Program-made: the position numbers and the translations under genes
Shown here: one piece after another, positions 51,063-64,000 of the stretch
Layout: every line of letters begins with the position of its first letter
Numbering within the stretch: the first letter of the stretch is position 1
Assembly (NCBI GenBank): GCA_951406725.2
Contig: OX597814.1
Coordinates: 196,974,001-197,038,000, forward strand
From: Octopus vulgaris
Taxonomy: Eukaryota
Reading direction: 5' to 3'
Length of the DNA stretch: 64,000 bases
The notes under the pieces: generated by a model
What the model saw: only the letters and a program-made list of their open reading frames with translations
What the model was told of the DNA's origin: nothing
Database searches by the model: none

Positions 51063-52440
51063 AATAAATTTCATATAAATAATTACACACAATTACCATG
51101 GAAAGAGCCGCAAATATTCACTTAGACTAAAACAAAATCATTCCCACCACTCGTCAGAACCCACAAAGATGTACATAAGCAGTTAAGGAAACAATTTTAT
51201 TGTATTTATTCATGTTTTCCTTGTGAATCAAAGTTAAATTTCCATGAAATTTATGTTAGTTTATAACAAATAACAGGTTATGAAAATATAGCATATTGAA
51301 CGGCGAAAAATTTAAAATAGGCGCAGGAGTGGCTGTGTGGTAAGTAGCTTGCTTACCAACCACATGGTTACGGGTTCAGTCCCATTGCGTACCACATTCA
51401 GTAAGTGTCTTCTACTATAACCCCGGGCCGACCAAAGCCTTATGAGTGGATTTGGTAAACGGAAACTGAAAGAAGCCCGTCGTATATATTTATATATATG
51501 TATATATGTGTGTTTGTGTGTCTGTGTTTGTCCCCCCAATATCGCTTGACATCCGATGCTGATGAGTTTGCGTCCCTGTAACTTAGCAGTTCGGTAAAAG
51601 AGACCGATAGAATAAGTACTCAGTTTAGAAAGAATAAGTCCTGGGGTCGTATTGCTCGACAAAAGGCGGTGCTCCAGCATGGACACAATCAAATGACTGA
51701 AACAAGTAAAAGAGTAAAGAGTATACATTGCTTTGCGAAGGCGGCGAGGTGTCGTACTAGCTGACACGCCGGACAAAATGCTTGGCGCCCTTTCGTGCAT
51801 CTTTGCGTTTTGAACTCAAATTCTTCCGAGGTTGATCTTGCCTTTCATCATTTCGGGTCGATAAAATATGTAGCAATCAAGTGGCGATGTCGATGTAGTC
51901 GACTAACTCCTTCCCCGTAAATTGCTGGCCTTCTTCCAGAACTTAAAACCAATAAATTTCTTATAAATAATTACACAATTACTATCTAAAAAGCTGCTAA
52001 TGTGCACTTAGAGAAGAACAAAACATTTCCACCACACGCCAAACTCCACCAACACATAGATACACAGTTAAAGAAACAGTTGTCATATTTATTTATTTAT
52101 TTATTTTTCATGTTAATTAAAGTTAAATGTCCGTCAAATGTTTGTTAGTTGTTTAACAATAACAGATGAGGAAAAGTAAACCATATTGAAAGGCGACAAA
52201 TTTTATAAACAAATTAATATGTATTGCTTAACTAATACTACGAGCCGGCAGACTTGTTATCACGCCGGTCAAAATTCCTCACAGTATTTCATCAGTCTTT
52301 AAGTTCTGAGTTCCATTCTCACCGAGGTTAAATTTCGTTCTTCTGGGGAGCCAATAAATTAAGTACTAATTGATCACTGTCGTCGATGCAATTGATTTTA
52401 CCTCTCCTCTGAAAGTTTTGGCTAAAATTTTTAAATCAAT
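51063..52440 (+). repeat. Old tandem duplication (about 250 bp of unique sequence plus a SINE A per unit)
   Basis: AATAAATTTC.TATAAATAATTACAC...CACTTAGA...CAGTTAA.GAAACA...AAAGTTAAAT...CATATTGAA.GGCGA at ~51063-51310 and ~51951-52200; SINE A at ~51738-51950 and ~52240-52440. Confidence 0.75.
51319..51720 (+). mobile_element. Full-length SINE family B
   Basis: GGCGCAGGAGTGGCTGTGTGGTAAGTAGCTTGC...ATGACTGAAACAAGTAAAAGAGTAAAGA. Confidence 0.92.
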
Positions 52441-52714
52441 ATTTTATTCCTTTGCTAAGTAGAATCTAATACCTATTATTTTTTTTCTAATTTAAGCATA
52501 AATCCAACAAATTTTGAGAGATATGGGTTAGTTGACACCCTTAACCGCAATGTTGGACTGGTGTTTTATTTTATCAATCCCTGCAGTTTGAAAGGCAAAA
52601 CTGATCTCGGCGCTCTAATGAATCTGCTGAGCTAACCGCGATTTAATAGTTTAAAGCAGTTAACATTCTCTCTGTAAATCTTCCAGTTTGTATCTCTTTC
52701 ATAAATTAATTCCT

Positions 52715-53046
52715 TTACTCTTTGCTCTTTTACTTGGTTCAGTCATTTGACTGTTGCCATGCTGGAGCACCGCCTTTAGTCGAGCAAATCGACCCCAGGA
52801 CTTATTCTTTGCAAGCCTAATACTTATTCTATCGGTCTCTTTTGCCGAACCGCTAAGTTACGGAGACATAAACACACCGGCATCGGTTGTCAAGCGATGC
52901 TGCGGGGACAAACACAGACACACAAACACACACACAAATACATATATATATATATACATATATATATACCAGCATCAGTTGTCAAGCCATGCTGGGGGGA
53001 CAAGAACACAGACACACAAACATATACACACAAATACATACCTATT

Positions 53047-53105
<59 letters not shown>

Positions 53106-53270
53106 GATGGGCTTCTTTCAGTTTCCGTCTACCAAATCCACTTCTAAGGCTTTGGTCGGCCGGAGGCTATAGTAGAAGACACTAGTCCAAGGTGCCACGC
53201 AGTGGGACTGACTGAACCCGGAACCATGTAGTTCAGTTCGTAAGCAAGCTACTTACCACACAGCCACTCC
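52715..53270 (-). mobile_element. SINE family B with an internal duplication
   Basis: ACC.GCATC.GTTGTCAAGC.ATGCTG.GGGGACAA..ACAGACACACAAAC occurs twice. Confidence 0.9.
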
Positions 53271-53565
53271 TACCATCCTTTCCTTGTCTCTTTCGCTTTT
53301 AACAATTTCGTCTTAGTGTGTGTTTGGCTTTTTTTTTTGTTCTTTATTCGCGTATTACTAACCACATGTAGAATGTAGGATTCGTTGGAATTATTGCAGT
53401 GAGTGTAAATCCACAATTCCATTGAACTTGCTGCAATTTTCCATCTTGCAATTAAGCTAAAGTTTATAAGAGAAACTGTCACAGATCACACCGTTTCCTC
53501 ACCAAAATCTCTAAACATAAAACGTTTCTCCTAGGCAAATATAGAGAGATTTTATGATCTGTTTC

Positions 53566-53958
53566 ATATTCTTGCAAGTCTCTTCATCTCTTCATTATGA
53601 GCTGTACACATGAAATGGAAAATGCCTGGCATCAAGATCTACCGATATTTTGGGAAGAAGGGTGTCGGGTGGGTGGGAATACTGACTAAAAGATAGAAAT
53701 ATCAAATGCATATATTTATGGAGGAAGGCTTTTACGGGGTGGGGGCTTAGTCTGCGCGCGTGTGTATGTGTGTGTGTGTGTGTGTATGTGTGTGTGTGTG
53801 TGTGTGTGTGCGTGCGAGTGTGTGGGAGAGAGAGAGATTGCGTATGAGGTCCTGATTTTGTATGTAGCTGTGTGAGTGTTCAATTACGCGTGTAAATCCG
53901 AGTGTATTGTATGTATGTTCACATAAACGCACACATACACACACACACACAAACACAC

Positions 53959-53993
<35 letters not shown>

Positions 53994-54136
53994 CAACTTT
54001 GAACATGAAAACATACAGAAATATGCGTATGTACGTGTATATAAAGACAGTTTGAAACGTGTATGTGTATATAGATAGATAGATAGATACAGTTACACAC
54101 ACACACACATACACACACACACAAACACATACACAC

Positions 54137-54192
<56 letters not shown>

Positions 54193-54283
54193 GATTGCAA
54201 CGCTCTGACCAATAAACCATGCGCCTGCCTCCACAGGCGTACACACAGAAATGTATATGTTTATATTTACGTGTGTGTGTATG

Positions 54284-54316
<33 letters not shown>

Positions 54317-54342
54317 ATACACTAACATACATCGATTACATG

Positions 54343-54391
<49 letters not shown>

Positions 54392-55080
54392 ACACACATA
54401 CACATATATCACACACAGATATATATATATATATATAAATGTGATCTTTGCTTGTCTCTTTCCTTTTGTGTTGAGTTTCTGTGTTTGATCGACCCACCGA
54501 CCGATGCCGACTAGAGCCAAGTGTTGCTATGGCAGCAAAGTCAAAGAAGAGATCCTAGATTCAAATGCGGCCAACGGTAGAACAAATGCTGTGTTCAGTA
54601 ACAATACTTGATCACAGACGGAAATATTTGATCTCGCCTATTGAGGCAACGCCATATTCTTGCAAGCCTCTCCATATCTTCATTATGAGATTTTCACATG
54701 CAATAGAAAGTGCCTGGCATCAATATCTACCGATATCTTGGTGGAAGAAAGGATGCAGGTGCGGAGTACTTACGGAGAGATACAAATATCAAATGCATTG
54801 TAAGGATGACGAAGCTCGCAACAAAAACCGGATCAGTTTTTGGGAATTTTATCACCTTCCACTATTTGCCTCGCTCCTCATGTGCCGCTGAGGATTACTC
54901 AGTTTTGTTCTCTGACTGGACTGGACTGGGGCAACATGAAATAACTGTTTTGGTTAAGAACACAACATATTACCCCATTGGCACGAATCGAAACCACCAC
55001 CTTGCGATCATGATTGCAATTCTATGGCCAATAAACCATGCACCTGCCCTTACAGGTGTACACACAGAAATATATATGTA
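53566..55080 (+). repeat. Old tandem duplication of a ~0.8-1.1-kb unit
   Basis: ATATTCTTGCAAG...TGCCTGGCATCAA.ATCTACCGATAT...AATATCAAATGCAT at ~53566-53711 and ~54654-54798; ATGATTGCAA...CCAATAAACCATGC.CCTGCC...ACACACAGAAAT at ~54191 and ~55010. Confidence 0.8.
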
Positions 55081-55088
55081 TATATTCA

Positions 55089-55146
<58 letters not shown>

Positions 55147-55149
<3 letters not shown>

Positions 55150-55360
55150 CTTTACTACCTACAAGTGGCTAAACACAGAGAGGACAAACAAGGACTGACA
55201 AAGGGATTAAGTCGATTACATCAACCCCAGTACGTAACTGGTACTTAATTTAGAGACCCCGAAAGGTTTAAAGGCAAAGTCCACCTCAGCAGAATTTGAA
55301 CTCGGAACGTAACGACAGACGAAATAAGGCTACGTACTTCGCCCGGCGTGCTAACGTTTC
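55147..55360 (-). mobile_element. SINE family A (tail variant)
   Basis: Reverse complement of the family A core and GCCCGGCGTGCTAACG. Confidence 0.85.
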
Positions 55361-56200
55361 TATGTATGTATGTATGTATGTATGTATGTATGTATGTATG
55401 TATGTATGTATGTATGTATGTATCCATGTATGTATGTATGTATCTATGTATGTATGTATCCATGTATTTATGTATGTATGTATGTATGTATGTATATATC
55501 CATGTATGTATATGTCCATGTATGTATATATCTATATATGTATATATGCACATATTTATGTATGTATGTTTATGCCTATATATAAGTATATTTTTATGTG
55601 TAAATGTTTGTACGTATATGCCTTTAATGTTCGTATGCCGAACTATGGAATGATGAGAAAGAGTAATGGAGAGGCAAAGATGGAAGAGGAGTCAAGCAAG
55701 AAAGAAAGAAAGAAAAAAGGTTGAGAGAGAGAGGAGGAGTTCAAATATGTACAGAGAGCAAGTGTGGAGAAGGAGGAGAAGCGGGAAAGATTTGAGGAGT
55801 ATATCAGGGTTGACAGAGTTGGAAAACGATAGATATTTGATATATCGATATATAGATAGATCGAAAGATAGGAGATGTAATGAAGTAATGGAAATATGAG
55901 GCGAAGAGGAATTAGGAATGAAATAATACAAAGCGACTCTAAAACTGAATTGAAAGAGTGGAAGGGAGGGAGTGGAACCGGGTGTCATGCGGGTAGGAAC
56001 AGGGTGGGAGAAACCTGGGCCCCCGCTTGAAATTTTGTGAGATGCGTATATATGTTTAGTGTATGCAGGTATGTACAGCTATACTCTCACTTCCATGCGC
56101 AGAAACGTAGATACGGGCATTACGAAGAGATTTATGCAGATATCAGAGGTTTCGTTTGAAAATTTGTGTGATCCATAGATATATATGCATGTATGTGTGA

Positions 56201-56249
<49 letters not shown>

Positions 56250-56446
56250 TGTATATAAACATATATGTACACACACACCTATATACTCATATCTATTTAT
56301 CTAAGTATATATATATGTGTGTGTATATGTATATATATACATACACATGCACACACCTATATATGCTTATATAGAATGGTTGGATGAATGAATATATCTT
56401 TGCGTACATGTCTCAGCGCATTCATGTTTATATGAGCTTGTGGGTA

Positions 56447-56494
<48 letters not shown>

Positions 56495-56599
56495 CACACG
56501 CAAGTGTGACTATACCATTGAGGATAGAATTAGATGAAAAGATTGATAATTGTGCAATAATACAGAGTCAAAAAGTTGAAAGGCTAAGTGAAATGATAA

Positions 56600-56641
<42 letters not shown>

Positions 56642-57070
56642 ATATTATGTCATATTTTTTGTTTTAAGCAACAACGAGGATATGAAACAAAAGTATTGAG
56701 AAGAAGCAAAAAAAAAACAGAGATAATTTAAACATCAATAAATCCGCGGACTAAATTATCGAGAAGTTTAGTTCGATATTTAATATGGCAGGAATACGTG
56801 GTTATGGGTCGGGGTAACACCTAGGAGGAAAAATAATTGCCGATGAGGAAAAAGATATATTTGTGAAAACACTTTGTAAATATTGTTGTAAAAACGACAG
56901 GTTTCATTTTAGCTTATTTTTTGTCGTTTTTTTTTTTCATAGTAATAGCTTTTTAATGTTCTTGACTAGTTTATATCAACCACATTTTCGCTTGGCATTC
57001 AAGGTCGACAAACTAAAAGCATGTGTTGATATGTGCATATGACTAAGTATATATATATATGTATATATAT

Positions 57071-57183
57071 ATATATAAGCATATGAACAAATATAAAAAT
57101 CCTAAGTTTATAAGCATGCATATATATATATATATATATATATAAGCATATGAACAAATATAAAAATCCTAAGTTTATAAGCA

Positions 57184-57243
<60 letters not shown>

Positions 57244-57295
57244 TATATAAGCATATGAACAAATATAAAGATCCTAAGTTTATAAGCATGCATAT
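57071..57295 (+). repeat. Three ~45-bp units AAGCATATGAACAAATATAAA(A/G)ATCCTAAGTTTATAAGCATGC separated by (TA)n
   Basis: Direct reading. Confidence 0.9.
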
Positions 57296-57549
57296 ATATA
57301 TATGTGTGTGTGTGTATGTTTAAAACTTACGATTCACTTCGTTGCAATTTAGTGTTTCACGCCACAAGCGATATTTCAGGCTGCACACACAGACACACAA
57401 ATGCATGTGTGCGCGTGTATGTACGCATGTAGGTATGTAATTCAGTGTATGATGTCATTCTTCAGCTTAGCACGCTTCTTCTCTAATACCTTAATGTCTT
57501 TGTCCTTCAAAATTTCCATCACCAGGCTGGCTTCTAGAAGAAATACTTG

Positions 57550-58297
57550 TGCTTAGAGTAGAAAAGAATAATTTATAGATTCTATGGCGGCGAGCTGGCA
57601 GAAAGTTTAGCACAACGGGCGAAATGTTTAACATAATTTTTCTGTATTCAGGTTTTGAGTTTAAATTTCGACGAGGTCGACTTTGCCTTTAATTTTTTCG
57701 GGATCGAGAAATTGAGTACCAGTTGCGTACCGGGATTGATCTAATCGACTGGCGCCCTCTCCCAAAGTTTCGGGCCTTGTGGCTAGAGTAGAAATGAATA
57801 TTTTATAAATTCTAAGGTGAGCGAGCTGGCAGAAACGTTAGTACGCCGGGCGAAATGCTTAGCAGTATTTTGTCTGTCTTTATGTTCTGTGTTCAAACTC
57901 CGCCGAGGTCGACTTCGCTTTTCATCCATTCAGTGTCGATAAATTAAGTACCAGTTGCATACTAGAGTCGTTATAATCGACTGGCACCCTCCCCCAAAAT
58001 TCCGAGCCTTGTGCCAACTAGAGTACAAAAGAATATTTTATAAATTCTAAGGTGAGCGAGCTGGCAGAAACGTTAACACGCCGGGCGAAATGCTTAGCAG
58101 TATTTCGTCTGACTTTATGTTCTGTGTTCAAATTCCGCCGAGGTCGACTTTGCCTTTCATCCTTTCGGGGTCGATAAATTAAGTACCTGTGAAATTCTAG
58201 TCCAGTTGCGTACTGGGATCGATGTAATCGACTGGCGCCCTCCCCCAAAAAATTTCGGGCCTTGTGCCTAGAGTAGAAAAGAATATTTTATAGATTC
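57550..58297 (+). mobile_element. Head-to-tail trimer of SINE family A
   Basis: Three copies joined by AGAGTA.AAA.GAATATTTTATAAATTCTAAGGTGAGCGAGCTGG; a similar spacer precedes and follows the array. Confidence 0.9.
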
Positions 58298-59505
58298 TGA
58301 AAAGATCACAGGCAGATCTACCCTCAAAGATATTTCAACTCAGATCGGCATTCTTGTCGTATTCTTTCATCTAGTATTCTAACATTCCTTCCAATTCGCC
58401 ATGGAACGAGGTGGCACTGAATACGTCGTTAAATAGAAATGCTCAGCTTTCAACAGTCGTTCGCTTTCTTTGTGCGTTGCTACCTTTTAAAGAACTTCAC
58501 TGTCGCATTCCTATTCTATACCAAATAAAATAACAGCTCGCTTATTTTCGAACAGGATTTGATCATAAATCGCTTTTGTCTATTACGTTTGACCTCGGGT
58601 TAATGACAGTAGCTTTAAGAATATCTCTGCTACACAGCAGATTTTCCGTCTGGCATTGTTTCCTTTATTCCTTATTTTGGTGACGTCGATGTTCGCCTGG
58701 GGCTAAATGCAACAGTAACACCCCCACCACCCTGCCCTGTCCCTAGCCATATTCAGATGGCTTTAGTCCCTTATGTCATTTCTCTATCATTTTCCTTCAA
58801 ATCTATTCGGCACCTTGGCACATTTATCTCAAAGCTATTGAGTCTCCATACACTTTCGTGTGTAAGACTGATGAATACCTATTAAAGATCAATTCTTCTT
58901 TTGACTTCCTCCGTGATTTAATTTGTAACATACAGTGAAAATAAATTTGAATTCTTTCTTCTATACAAGGTTTCATCGTTAATAGAATTTTGATTAGTGT
59001 AGTGAGGAAGCTCGCTTTACAGTAACGGCATTTCGAGTTCAGTTCTCGGATCTTTTCGGTTTGAACGGCAGTTTTTTAAAATAATTTCCACGTAACAAAA
59101 CACTTTTAAACTTCGTATACTGGTAGAATGTGTTTATAAAACATATTTTTCTGTTGGCTTTATTGAGAAAATTCTATACTTTGTAAGATATTTGTTGTTG
59201 TTTTTTCTTCAATTTCTGCAATTTCAACCAATCAATGACGTCTATTGAGGTAAAAAATTCTGTGCCGTATGAATATGTCCCTCTTGATTGTTTCTAATTA
59301 CTGGTACTTTTATTTTACAGACTCGGAAGGATGAATGTCGAAGTCAAATCGAGTGTGATTTAAAAGGAAAACGGTGGCACCAAACTAGATAGTGAAGGTG
59401 GACGTACTACTGTTTCTGCTATTAACACTACCCTCTCGGTAAGTAATTTTCCCATATTTATTTTCTTTCCATTTATATCGGAAAAAGACAGTTATATTTT
59501 AAACA

Positions 59506-59554
<49 letters not shown>

Positions 59555-59597
59555 AGATTCACCACTTGTTTCTTTGGAATTCGTTAAGTTTATAAAC

Positions 59598-59643
59598 AGC
59601 ACTGATGAAACCCCAATAAGGGTCGAAAATCGAATGAGTCGCT
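59598..59643 (+). ncRNA. Degenerate type-I hammerhead-like motif just downstream of (TA)n
   Basis: AGC-A-CUGAUGA-AACCC(CAAUAA)GGGUC-GAAA-AUC(GAAU)GAG-UC-GCU: intact core, single mismatches at the bases of stems II and III. Confidence 0.5.
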
Positions 59644-61367
59644 CTTTATTTTTCAAACTACGGAGAAATAAGTAAATCCGACGTGTTTGTAAATGTACAT
59701 AGGTTTACTAATATCATACCTTGATACTTTGTGGATTGGGTTCTTCGCTGACAGTCCTCTGTTTTTAAATATTATCAAGCATTCATAGTATAGAATTTAG
59801 TAGCTTAAGTTCTTAATAGATACTAGAATTGATGAGTATATAAATGGATTGGCTATTTGTTTGTCTGGGATCGTTTAAGTGATGTGCACGCCGCATGCCG
59901 CTGGTGAGACCCCGCAAACGTTCCTAGATCGATTAAGGCTCTTCCTCATTTCTTTGTTAAATTTGGTATGTTTGTATGTGTGCATATATAAGAAAGAAGA
60001 AGGGAATTGTGTTGACATGCATGCTTCCTTTGCTCATCGGACACTAAAGGTTTCGACAACAGATTCAATATCAATTATCGATTTGTTTTCACATGGGAAA
60101 ACATTGCATATTTTTAGAGAACGACATCCAGATTTTTTTTTCCACATTCGTAACAGCAAACATCTACGTACTCAGTTAACTGAGGCCTTAATTGTATTCA
60201 GTTCTCAACTAAATGCTATGGCATTCGAATCCTTTATAATTTACGTCAATCATTCCTTTCGAAATGCGATATATGTCACAATTCTCAATTTCAAATATTT
60301 CTCAAAAATTAAGATTTTTTTTATTCTAGTATAAAATATTATTAGTAGTCTTATTCTCTTTCATGTCTTCAAATGGTAAAAAAAAAATGCGTTCAAATGA
60401 AAAATCACATTAGTAATTAACTACCTAATAAACACAGCAGAGAGATTGATTATTAGATACTCTGCATGTAAACCTAAAATGAACTGTCGATGAATTAAGC
60501 GGCCTTCAACCATCGAGCTCAGTTAATATATATTGATTCTATCTGACACAAGAGTAAGTCTCCGAGCAGCTACTACCGTTTCTGTCTGCAGGATGTTGTC
60601 AGAAATCTCTCTTCCTAATTGATATATTGCAGGTGTCTATTTTTTTTGTAACGCAATTTTTTTTGTTTGAAACTGCGGGTGTATATTATAGATAGTGTAC
60701 ACTATATATATATATACAGTTAGTATTTATATTTCATTTGTAAGTAATGTAAATCGTAGTGAAATCTGACGTAGTGTTTTGATGAGAAAATGTACTGTTA
60801 TTTTGAAGAGACTTGTATTTCTTTCATGTGAACGTTTAGGGTTATTTTATGTAGAACAAATATGTAAAACTTTTGCAGAAGTGATATACAGGAGTGAGGC
60901 AAGTACGAGTTTACCTATATAGATTTCTTTATTGGCCACGCAGGGCTAAACAAAGAAGGGACAAAATACAAAGTAGTGCTTTTCTTTTTGGGAAGAAGAG
61001 AAGGGGAAAAAGGGGATGCGAATTCCGATCAAAATGGGATCGTGAAAAGAAAAAAAAGTGGGGCCGATCAGTAGGGATCATGTATTACATAAATGTCAAT
61101 GTAAAAAGGGAAAGAAAATTATCTAACCATTATATACCATGGAAAGAGAATTATCTAACCCCGTGATTTTAGTAAGGATTCACTTCTATATCTTGAGAAT
61201 GTGGCTGAATATGTCAGGCAGCAGAACAAGGCGGGAATCTGCAACCGCCTACATGATGTGACGGTAAAACAAGATGAGAATAGTAGGAGGATTATATTAG
61301 TGTATAACCGAGTTAGTATGTTTGCTATAAATTTATATATCTATATTTATTTATCTATCTATCTCTG

Positions 61368-61454
<87 letters not shown>

Positions 61455-61513
61455 CTTAATTTTTCTCACAAAATTTTATTAATGGCTAGCATATTAAAAA
61501 CCTTCTACGGTGA

Positions 61514-61551
<38 letters not shown>

Positions 61552-62427
61552 AATTGAGATAGGGGTTGTAAATGCAACCTTCTATGGGATAACGTATATC
61601 CAATATGCTGCTAGTGAAGTACCCAACAAAGTTAATACATAAATGTTAATGATTGCGATGCAATCAATTCATTTACGGTATTATATGGGCAAAGGTAAAA
61701 TGATTTACCACAAATTACTAATACAAGATAAGAAAATGGAGAAATACATCTAAATCAAATATCAATTACCAGATAATACTCAATCACATACTTTATTAAA
61801 CCACCACATAAGAGACTGTAGGGTTAAATATAAAAAGCAGAACAAATCAGTGTACATAAAGGAATGTACATAAAAAAGTGTACATAAGCATGTGACGGCT
61901 GGCGGTGTTCATCGTGGGATAGGTTAAACTGGCTCCGACCAATGAGACCACTACGCTCCTCACGAATGCTGACCCCGACGGTCGGCCGCTGTCGAACCTG
62001 TTCCAGCAGAGGCTAAGTTATGCTTCTGCCTGCAACCCAATATGACCCTTTGTGTATGATCGCGCAGACGTCATCGCTGTAATCGTCTTTCGCTGTTGAG
62101 GTGAAAGTTTCGTCTCGGAGTTTCAGTGAGAATATAAGTTCACGTGTACTCTTCGTTCGGTCACATGTATCGCCGACCTCATTTCATTTGCTTAAGTCTA
62201 TTGAACTATATAAACAACTTGGGACAATCACCCCACCACCACCACCACCACCAAAACACGACCAAAGAAATAGAAATTAGAATCGAACGTATCACTTATA
62301 TGAAAATTAAAATGTCAAATTAATTTCCCCTATCTCTCTTACTTCCACTTTCTTCGCCTTTCATACTCATTCCGACTACGCCCGTCTTTCCATCCATCTT
62401 CCCTTTGTATCTAGCTATTCATCGTTT

Positions 62428-62534
<107 letters not shown>

Positions 62535-63730
62535 CGACAGAGGGATAGATAGAGGGAGAGGATCGCTAGAGAGACAATTAGATAGATAGATAGATAGACA
62601 GATGTGTGTGTGTGTGTGTGTGTGTTTTGAGCATACTTACACCGTGAGCTTCTGTGTGTACATAAACGAATATAGTATATATGTATGTGTGCGTGAGTGA
62701 GTCTGTGTGTGCATGAATATGTGCAAATGTGTGCGTATTGTGTGTATATGTACACATATCCTTTTTTTCAACATAAGTTAAACTTCAAACTGTTCTCATT
62801 AACCACAGGTAGAATACTCTCTCAGCTGGTTTCCACGCTACTTTGGCTCAGTATTTTCCATCTCGTTCTTACGATGGTACAAATACAGACGGCATAAACT
62901 TGTACAACCTTAGAAAGTAAGGGAGTGTATATAGCAGGGTTTTTTTTTTATATATATACTGGGAGTTTATTGTAGGACAAGGATTTTTGCTCTAGAGAAC
63001 GTCGTATATTTTCAACCGGAAATTCATATCCGGTATTTAAATCAACAGCGAACCTCATGAACGAGCCAAGCGGATTGAATATCGACTTAGTAGTTTCAAT
63101 CATATAATCTGTACCTATAGCATAAATCGATTAAGTCATAGAGCAGTTGATATCGCTAGTGATTAGATCCAAGTATCATAACCGATTTCTATAGTGAGTT
63201 GAAGAGAAAACATGTTGGAGCGACAAGCAATGCAGTACGCCGAATGAATGCGAAACCTGATATTGAAAATGGAGAAACACAGTTTTCTTCCAATCGTATT
63301 CGTTTATTCACATCCTTCTGCTTGTAAACTATAATTAAATAGACTTACTTAACTATTATTGTTACACGTAGTACATAGATATCGATCGTAGCTGTCAACT
63401 TGTAAATGGAGGTAGTACTAAGATGTCATCAGCTTGCGTCATAAAATCACACCTTAAAAAACAGATGTGCGTTGAATGAAGACGTTTCCAGAACAGTGTC
63501 CCATTGTTGTGAAATTGCAATTATAAATATCAATAGGGAGGGAGGCAGTAACTATACCTATTGTCAACAGGCATCAATTAAGATTTACTGTCAACGAAAT
63601 GGAGGTTAGCTGGAACTTTCCAACAGAATACTTTTAATGGTGAAAAAATAAGAACATAAAATGGAAAAAAAAATAATTCATTAACGATGGGAATATACAA
63701 CAGGGTGAATCATTAGGTGGTGTTTGTTGG

Positions 63731-63732
<2 letters not shown>

Positions 63733-63817
<85 letters not shown>

Positions 63818-63940
63818 TGTGTGTATATGTATGTATATATATATTATATATATGTGTATGCATGTATGTATATATATATATGTGTGTATGTATGTATGTA
63901 TGTATGTGTGTATATATATATATATGTGTATGTGTGTATG

Positions 63941-63985
<45 letters not shown>

Positions 63986-64000
63986 GTGTGTGTGTGTGTG
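63733..64000. repeat. Compound (TA)n/(TG)n/(TATG)n microsatellite
   Basis: Direct reading. Confidence 0.95.

Noticed and set aside
54565-55198. 108-aa and 162-aa ORFs
   Set aside because: No recognisable domain; they overlap a decayed SINE and microsatellite, and the frame is not evidently kept in the duplicate block
57071-57295. CRISPR-like repeat-spacer pattern (also 33562-33750)
   Set aside because: Spacers are only (TA)n of variable length, there are no cas genes, and the context is eukaryotic
59879-60334. 151-aa ORF
   Set aside because: GTG start, AT-rich composition and no motif; compatible with chance

Overview
This is AT-rich, microsatellite-saturated eukaryotic DNA. The repeat families point to an octopod cephalopod (Octopus sp.), which is my inference and not a database result. 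I found no convincing host protein-coding gene: almost every ORF in the track is a translation of simple repeats or SINEs, so the window is probably intronic or intergenic. It contains dozens of tRNA-derived SINE copies from at least four families. It also holds decayed LINE fragments (five R4/Dong-type with restriction-like endonuclease, two CR1/L2-type, one RTE), a DD41D Tc1/mariner transposase remnant, a non-autonomous Helitron and several MITEs. The most interesting signal is a set of short elements embedded in (TA)n that carry minimal type-I hammerhead-ribozyme motifs of the kind known from Penelope-like elements. One of these has a compensatory U3-A8 core and sits in both arms of a ~525-bp fold-back. 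Several other long hairpins, a cryptic ~20-bp minisatellite and local duplications are also present. Repeat boundaries were read by eye (about +/-20 bp) and identities are visual estimates.
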